Virus record (IMG/VR): IMGVR_UViG_3300044630_005405
Location: 1-31,519 of that record
DNA length: 31,519 bases
DNA from: a virus
Lineage: Duplodnaviria > Caudoviricetes
Direction: 5' to 3' (one strand)
Positions 25,802 to 31,519 of this stretch are shown here, piece after piece; position 1 is the stretch's first letter, and each line of letters opens with the position of its first letter. Position numbers and translations under genes: made by a program. The notes under the pieces were generated by a model. That model was not told the DNA's origin, ran no database searches, and saw only the letters and a program-made list of their open reading frames with translations.

Positions 25802-27190
25802 ATGGGCATATATAGAACATATTTTGATAAGAATAACACTATCGTCAAAAATAGTGATGTTAATACTGGTAGAAACCAGGTATCCGAACTATATTTTGGT
25901 GTTACGAATAGTAGATTCCTATTTTATTGTTCTTTTGATGAGATTAAAAACTTGGTTTCAGATAAGGTTATAAATGTTGATGATGACACCAGACATATAT
26001 TAAAAATTAAAAACACATCTAGTTTTGATATTAAAGATTTTTTAAGCACTAGTAATAATTTGTTGTTTAATGACAATTATAGACCAACATCTTTTGAATT
26101 AGAGTTACACGCCGTTAACCAATTTTGGGATGAAGGTAGTGGATACGATTTCACACCCTCAGCTACTAGTATACCAGAAAATAAAGACTTTGCTTTGGAA
26201 CCATCTAATTGGTTTAAAGCCACAAATACCAGTAGTTTTACACCAAGCGGTGCGATACCAAACGGTAACACCCCTATAGCTACACAACATTTTGATTTAG
26301 GTAATGAAGATGTTGAAATGGATATAACGGATTTTGTGAACGATTACATTACAACAACTGGCGCAACAACAGGTACAACTTATTATGGGTTTTGTTTAAA
26401 ATTTAGTGATGCGGTGGAAGCTTTGGACTACTCAATAGAGCAAAAAACTTTCGCTCTTGGTTTATTCACAAGACATACACAAACATTTTTTGAACCGTTT
26501 ATCGAAACCCAATATAATGACCATATAGAAGATGATCGAGTTACTTTTTATCTGGGTAAAACTAATAACTTGTTTTTTTATTCGGTTATAGATGGTAAAT
26601 TACAAAATCTTGACCAGTTACCCACATGTAAAATTAATAACGTTAATTACGTGGTAAAACAAAAAACAAAAGGTGTTTATTATGTTGAAGTTCCTGGTGA
26701 TGAAGATGTTTATACAAGTTATACAGAATATAATGACATTTGGTCTAATATTATCTACAATGGACAACCCAGACCAAACACAAAATTAAGGTTTGTTCCG
26801 ATAGATGCCGACAAGTATTATAATTTTAATATAGATGCGTTAGACGACACAAGATATGGTTTATCGTTAAGTGGTATCAAGAGAGAAGAGAAGCTATCAC
26901 AAGGTGAAAAAAGAAAAGTTAACGTTCTTCTTAGAAAACCATACACTGTTTCCGAATATTATGTTAGTAACACGGTTTATTATAGAATGTATGTGAAACA
27001 GGGTCCAGCTGTTATAACGATAGTTGACTGGCAGATTGCTAATAAATCTTTTAATAATAACTATTTCACAATAGATACAACCTGGTTAGTTCCGCAAGAA
27101 TATTTTATTGATATAAAGGTTGAAACTGGTGGTGAGACTTTAATATTCGATAACGAATTGAGTTTCAATATAGTAAATAAAGTCAAATAA
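25802..27190 (+). CDS. Putative virion structural protein (beta-rich, T/N/Y-rich)
   Basis: 462-aa ORF whose composition and context suggest a baseplate/tail component. Confidence 0.65.
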   Translation: MGIYRTYFDKNNTIVKNSDVNTGRNQVSELYFGVTNSRFLFYCSFDEIKNLVSDKVINVDDDTRHILKIKNTSSFDIKDFLSTSNNLLFNDNYRPTSFELELHAVNQFWDEGSGYDFTPSATSIPENKDFALEPSNWFKATNTSSFTPSGAIPNGNTPIATQHFDLGNEDVEMDITDFVNDYITTTGATTGTTYYGFCLKFSDAVEALDYSIEQKTFALGLFTRHTQTFFEPFIETQYNDHIEDDRVTFYLGKTNNLFFYSVIDGKLQNLDQLPTCKINNVNYVVKQKTKGVYYVEVPGDEDVYTSYTEYNDIWSNIIYNGQPRPNTKLRFVPIDADKYYNFNIDALDDTRYGLSLSGIKREEKLSQGEKRKVNVLLRKPYTVSEYYVSNTVYYRMYVKQGPAVITIVDWQIANKSFNNNYFTIDTTWLVPQEYFIDIKVETGGETLIFDNELSFNIVNKVK

Positions 27191-27192
27191 TT

Positions 27193-27597
27193 ATGTATTT
27201 AATTTATATAAACCCCTTAAACAAAGATTTTAAAGGTCAGAACACATACGAGTTCATTTTTACGAAGAGACTTGATAGGGTTGAGTATGGTGAAGATTGG
27301 GATGTACAACCAGCATCTAGTGGAAACCCAACCCCACCAAATGTCGAACAGGTTGAAACTGTCGGTATATTAAAATCTGAGGATATTGAGTTATCTCTCG
27401 CTATGCATTCAGACACATTTTCAATGTATGATTGTGTAGAGGGTATAATATCTTTGGGATGGGAAACCGAGTCACCAGAAATTGAAGATAGACTTGTCTT
27501 TAGATATGGTGAGACGATGGAATCCGTTAAGGAAAAAATTTATAGTAGGGATAAACTACTGACAATAATAAATAAAGAAGAAATCGAAAAATTCTAA
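27193..27597 (+). CDS. Hypothetical acidic protein
   Basis: 134-aa ORF coupled to its neighbours. Confidence 0.8.
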   Translation: MYLIYINPLNKDFKGQNTYEFIFTKRLDRVEYGEDWDVQPASSGNPTPPNVEQVETVGILKSEDIELSLAMHSDTFSMYDCVEGIISLGWETESPEIEDRLVFRYGETMESVKEKIYSRDKLLTIINKEEIEKF

Positions 27598-28412
27598 TGG
27601 AAGACAACACACAAAACTCAGACGAAATAATAAATAAAGCTATTTCTGATCCAGAAGCTACAATACAATCTTTGGATAAAGCTAAAGAAGCTATTCAACA
27701 GCTGATGAACACCAAAAAAGAAGCTGAAGCTACTATGCAAAATGAAGCTGAAGATGATGATGCGGCTAACTGGTCGTTCAACGATACAATTGACACTCTT
27801 TTATCTAGGTTAACGGGTGGGTATACGTATTATGATTTACCTTGGGATAGAAGACATCCAGTTAAATTTGATGATGAAAGATACAACATCCAAGATGAGA
27901 ATGGTGATACTGTTGAAACAACGGATAAAGATGGTGTGATTGATTACGCTAACACCGTTTTTCATTATGATATGCAAGACAATGAAGAGGAAGAGATTAA
28001 AACTTTTGAACAAGCTAAAGAGGCTCTGGAATCTGAGGGTAACTTTAAGGTTATAAACACAAAAGACACAAAACAGTTAAGTTTATTCCCATCAAAAAAA
28101 GTTGAACCAAGACAACCTTCTTATGATACTGTTATCAGTAAAATGGATCCCATTGCCTATGAAGGTTTATTGGATAAATTAGATAACAGATCTTGGATTG
28201 TTAAAAAAGTTGTGGATTTATTAAAAGATGACAAACAACAAGAGGCTTATAAAGAGTTAAGAAGATTTTTAGATGTTTTAAAAGAGGAAACAGAAAAAAT
28301 TGAAGAAAATTTGGTTAATTCAGATATCTTTCGTATTATTGCAGAGTCGGAAAAACCAAAGTTAAACAAATCCGATATTTTAGAGTACATAAAAAACAAA
28401 AAAAATTCATAA
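27597..28412 (+). CDS. Hypothetical acidic protein (possible head-internal protein)
   Basis: 271-aa D/E/K-rich ORF. Confidence 0.75.
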   Translation: MEDNTQNSDEIINKAISDPEATIQSLDKAKEAIQQLMNTKKEAEATMQNEAEDDDAANWSFNDTIDTLLSRLTGGYTYYDLPWDRRHPVKFDDERYNIQDENGDTVETTDKDGVIDYANTVFHYDMQDNEEEEIKTFEQAKEALESEGNFKVINTKDTKQLSLFPSKKVEPRQPSYDTVISKMDPIAYEGLLDKLDNRSWIVKKVVDLLKDDKQQEAYKELRRFLDVLKEETEKIEENLVNSDIFRIIAESEKPKLNKSDILEYIKNKKNS

Positions 28413-28416
28413 TAAT

Positions 28417-28554
28417 ATGAGAAATAATCAATGGCCATTAGAAAAAGAAGCACCTGTTGAGACGCCAGTTAAAACACCGTCACCAACAAAAAACCCTTCA
28501 AAAATTGACATCCCAAAACCCAATGAGGATGAAAAAGGGAAACCAAAAGCTTAA
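28417..28554 (+). CDS. Unannotated 45-aa Pro/Lys-rich peptide
   Basis: ATG 4 nt after the previous stop: MRNNQWPLEKEAPVETPVKTPSPTKNPSKIDIPKPNEDEKGKPKA*. It fills the gap exactly up to the promoter/terminator. Confidence 0.7.
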   Translation: MRNNQWPLEKEAPVETPVKTPSPTKNPSKIDIPKPNEDEKGKPKA

Positions 28555-28558
28555 AAAA

Positions 28559-28590
28559 TTTGGTTAATTAAAATATTTTACCTAAATTTG
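28559..28590 (+). promoter_or_regulatory. Bacteroidota-type housekeeping-sigma promoter
   Basis: TTTG (28559-28562) - 20 nt - TAAATTTG (28583-28590) is an exact consensus match. Confidence 0.7.
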
Positions 28591-28621
28591 CCTTGTTAAT
28601 AATAAACAAGGCATTTTTTTT
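28589..28621 (+). terminator. Rho-independent terminator
   Basis: TGCCTTGTT (28589-28597) / 7-nt loop / AACAAGGCA (28605-28613) + T8 (28614-28621), abutting ATG 28622. Confidence 0.75.
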
Positions 28622-29764
28622 ATGAGAAAATCAGGACTACAGTTGGGTGATTACCCAAATTTGATCGCTAAATCAACGATTGAAAAACTTTCAAAGAGAA
28701 CCCATCCATTGGGTAAGTTACCTTACTACGATCAAAGTACGCACCCAGAGTCTTGGCGCGAAGAAATGATTGCCTCTGAAAGATACAAAGAGTTAATCGA
28801 TTCTTACTCAAATACATTCCAAACCCCAAAAGAACTCATAAGTCCGATGGAAGTTATGATGTCAGCTGGTGGTGCTATGTTTCGTGCAACAAATATGGAA
28901 AGTGGTAAAAGGGTTGCACTTTGTGATTTAGCTGAAAAAATTATACGTGATGAGTGGAATCTAGGTTATGATGAGGTCATTTTTGATCTTGAGATAATGG
29001 AACCAGGTACCATTAAATTACCTGAAGAAATGAGTATGGAAACTCCTCTAACACAAGAAGAAAAAGAGGAGATTGAAAATGATGAAGAGTTACTCGCCGA
29101 AGTTGTTAAAAGAAGGACTATAAACGCCTTCTCTCAGGGTGCATCGTTACGAGCACTTTACATATTTCACCTTTATCGTGACGATATCGAAAAAATTGTT
29201 CCTGATGTAATACCTTTTTACCAAAAAGCGTTAATTGCTAACGACCTATTTTACTACTTAATCAGTGATGAGGATTTCCAGCAGCAAATCCAATCAAATG
29301 ATTCTAATAATGCTGGTTACGTTGACCTTGACTTTAGCGGAGAAGTTCCTAAAATTATAGCGAAAGGTATGAATTTCCCGATATTGATTCTGGAGATGAC
29401 AAAAGGTATTATTTCGCTTTTTTCTGTCGCTGGGTTACCAAAAAAAGACGCTAAAAAAGTTATTAATTATACCGATACAATCATCGCTGAATTATGGGAC
29501 ATTAGATTGTTCCCAACCATGTGGGGAAATTTACACGGTTTAATTGATGTTGATGACTATGACATTAAAAAATTGATTCTAATCGAGCTCTTTAAAAAAG
29601 ACGCTGAAAGTTTTATCGAATTTATGTCATTAGTTGAGCATCGACCTGATTACGCGAAAAAGGAAATTGATTCTATTGCCAAAACTAAAAGGATGGAAAT
29701 TATGGAATATAATTTTAATAACGATGACCTTGATGGTATTAGTTTAAGTGATTTAGGACTATAA
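28622..29764 (+). CDS. Hypothetical acidic helical protein upstream of the terminase
   Basis: 380-aa ORF. No family recognised. Confidence 0.8.
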   Translation: MRKSGLQLGDYPNLIAKSTIEKLSKRTHPLGKLPYYDQSTHPESWREEMIASERYKELIDSYSNTFQTPKELISPMEVMMSAGGAMFRATNMESGKRVALCDLAEKIIRDEWNLGYDEVIFDLEIMEPGTIKLPEEMSMETPLTQEEKEEIENDEELLAEVVKRRTINAFSQGASLRALYIFHLYRDDIEKIVPDVIPFYQKALIANDLFYYLISDEDFQQQIQSNDSNNAGYVDLDFSGEVPKIIAKGMNFPILILEMTKGIISLFSVAGLPKKDAKKVINYTDTIIAELWDIRLFPTMWGNLHGLIDVDDYDIKKLILIELFKKDAESFIEFMSLVEHRPDYAKKEIDSIAKTKRMEIMEYNFNNDDLDGISLSDLGL

Positions 29765-29769
29765 TAAAC

Positions 29770-29777
29770 TATTTATA
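29770..29777 (+). promoter_or_regulatory. TATTTATA putative late promoter for the terminase
   Basis: Intergenic. TATTTAT ends 16 nt before TTG 29793. Confidence 0.5.
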
Positions 29778-29792
29778 TGGAAAGAAACAAGT

Positions 29793-31519
29793 TTGAAAAA
29801 GCAAATTACAGACAAAAGAGAATTACTACTTGAGTTTACAAAATGTAGCCAAGACCCTTGCTATGTCATTGAAAGTTATTTTGAAACTTTTGATAAGACA
29901 AGAGAAGGTTATGTTCCTTTTGAATTATTTGATGGTCAAAAAACACTTGTTTCTAATTACAGAAAACATAGGTTTAATTTAGTTCTTAAATACCGTCAGG
30001 CTGGTATATCAACTGTAACAGCGGCATACTCAGCGGTGTTAACAGCATTCGCAAGCCCAGATAGACCAGAGAAGGTTTTGATTCTAGCCAACAAACAGGA
30101 AACGGCTATTGAGTTCCAAAATAAAATCATAAACTTCATTAAACAATTACCTGATTGGGTAAATGTTACATTTGATAAATCATCACAAAAACACGTTAGG
30201 TTATCTAACGGTTCCGAGATTAAAGCCGTTGCAACATCTCAGGATGCTTTGCGTGGTTATACACCTACAGTCTTATTAATTGACGAGGCTGCGTTCGTTG
30301 AAGGTGGTCAAGAGTTATGGACAGCGTGTTTGGCCTCAATTGGTACTGGTGGTAAAGCTGTACTGATTTCAACACCTAACGGTCTAGATCCAATCTATTA
30401 TGCTTCATATGAGGGTGCCATTAAAGGTGATAATAGTTTCTGTGTGACTCACTTAAAATGGTGGCAAGATCCTAGATTTAGTAAAGATTTGAGGTTAATT
30501 AAAACTAAGGATATTGTAGACTGGTTCCAAAAACCAGCTTCCGAAAGGGATGAGGATATCATTGAATCGGCTATTGATTTACATCCAGATGTTATAGCTA
30601 AATTTATTAGCGAAGGCTATAAACCACACTCCACATGGTATGAAAACATGTGTAGAGATATGAATTTCAATAAACGTATGATCAACCAAGAGTTGGAATG
30701 TGCTTTTATTGGTTCTGGTGATAACGTGATCGAGGGTGAAGTTATTAGAAAACAGGAACAAGAAAATGTTAAAGACCCAGAAATTAAAGACAAAGTATGG
30801 GATAGTAATTTATGGATATGGAAACTACCAGAAAAGGGTCACAGATATATTTTAGCTCTTGACGTTTCAAGAGGTGATTCTGAAGACGCCACTGGTATGT
30901 GTATTATAGATTACGACACATTCGAGCAGGTTTTAGAGTACCATGGTAAAATTCCACCAGATATTGCGGCCCAGTTAGTTGATCAGTATGGTAGAATGTA
31001 TGACGCTCTATCAACATTTGATATCACGGGTGGTATGGGTGTCGCGTCAACACAAAAACTCAAAGAGTTGAATTACCCTAAAAAATTATTACACTACGAC
31101 AAAGATGGTGATAGTAACAGTATGTACTATATACCTGACGAGAACGCCATACCTGGTATAAACTTTGCCTCAAGAAATAGAAGAAGTCAAATTGTTGCGG
31201 CTTTAGAAGAAGCTGTATCTAGAGGTGGGTTTAAGATTAGAAGTGAGAGATTGACCGCTGAACTTAAAAAGTTTGTTTATAAGAACGGTAAACCAGACCA
31301 TATGAAAGGATCACATGATGACCTTATTATGGCCTTGGGTATGTGTTTATTTGTCGCAAATACTTCATTTAAAAGGTTGCAAGAATCTGATAACATGACT
31401 AGGGCTATGTTAGATAGTTGGAAAATAACAACTAACAACGTAAAAACAGATGCCGACTATTTATTAAAAGATGTAACGAGTTCACCAGAACCTAATAAAT
31501 CATACTATGATGCTGATAA
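29793..31519 (+). CDS. terL: Terminase large subunit (T4 gp17-like), 3'-truncated by the window edge and absent from the supplied ORF track
   Basis: Manual translation from TTG 29793 is open to the end (575 full codons): 'FELFDGQ', Walker A region 'KYRQAGIST', 'ILANK', 'RG', Walker B 'LLIDEAAF', coupling motif 'ISTPNG', 'QELECAFIGSG', and nuclease motifs 'LALDVSRGDSED' and 'HDDLIMA'. Confidence 0.95.
   Translation, partial: MKKQITDKRELLLEFTKCSQDPCYVIESYFETFDKTREGYVPFELFDGQKTLVSNYRKHRFNLVLKYRQAGISTVTAAYSAVLTAFASPDRPEKVLILANKQETAIEFQNKIINFIKQLPDWVNVTFDKSSQKHVRLSNGSEIKAVATSQDALRGYTPTVLLIDEAAFVEGGQELWTACLASIGTGGKAVLISTPNGLDPIYYASYEGAIKGDNSFCVTHLKWWQDPRFSKDLRLIKTKDIVDWFQKPASERDEDIIESAIDLHPDVIAKFISEGYKPHSTWYENMCRDMNFNKRMINQELECAFIGSGDNVIEGEVIRKQEQENVKDPEIKDKVWDSNLWIWKLPEKGHRYILALDVSRGDSEDATGMCIIDYDTFEQVLEYHGKIPPDIAAQLVDQYGRMYDALSTFDITGGMGVASTQKLKELNYPKKLLHYDKDGDSNSMYYIPDENAIPGINFASRNRRSQIVAALEEAVSRGGFKIRSERLTAELKKFVYKNGKPDHMKGSHDDLIMALGMCLFVANTSFKRLQESDNMTRAMLDSWKITTNNVKTDADYLLKDVTSSPEPNKSYYDAD

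Noticed and set aside
29777-29833. 18-codon ATG ORF (MERNKFEKANYRQKRITT) overlapping the terL start, suggesting a frameshifted start
   Set aside because: The in-frame TTG at 29793 gives a normal N-terminus at the usual distance from TATTTAT, and the ATG abuts the motif itself. A +1 shift or single-base error is not needed, though only read inspection can exclude it.
2004-30761. All minus-strand ORFs and short alternative-frame plus-strand ORFs in the track (e.g. 22823-23461, 17549-18025, 5764-5949, 30579-30761)
   Set aside because: They overlap well-supported plus-strand genes, have the F/L/S/I-rich composition of antisense shadows or no recognisable motifs, and have no signals of their own.
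1-31519. tRNA, CRISPR array, structured ncRNA or IS element
   Set aside because: Intergenic gaps are all about 80 nt or less and are explained by promoters or terminators. No repeat-spacer periodicity, cloverleaf or transposase was seen by eye.

Overview
AT-rich, densely coding, all-plus-strand segment of a large T4-like (myovirus-type) bacteriophage genome in the standard genetic code. The host is probably a Bacteroidota species, inferred from TTTG-N19/20-TAnnTTTG promoters and A-rich, SD-less translation starts. Gene order: end of a virion gene and a BppU-like baseplate gene; a family-B DNA polymerase carrying a ~125-aa macrodomain-like insertion inside its proofreading exonuclease domain; a putative late operon of small proteins including a stand-alone WYL protein and a DUF397-like protein; a ~14-kb glycan-biosynthesis region (HldE-like sugar kinase, 7 glycosyltransferase-like genes, 2 methyltransferases, dUTPase, PhoH) containing an apparently complete nonulosonic (sialic) acid pathway (SAF-less NeuB, HAD phosphatase, NeuA, a GT29-like sialyltransferase with all four sialylmotifs, and a GT8 fused to a second sialyltransferase-like domain); a gp55-like sigma factor; baseplate/spike and other virion genes; and a T4 gp17-like large terminase that is missing from the ORF track and runs off the right edge. 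Two promoter classes (host-type TAnnTTTG and a TATTTAT motif) alternate along the window, with hairpins at several junctions. No tRNA, rRNA, CRISPR array, intein or IS element was seen. All family calls come from motif recognition by eye, not database searches.
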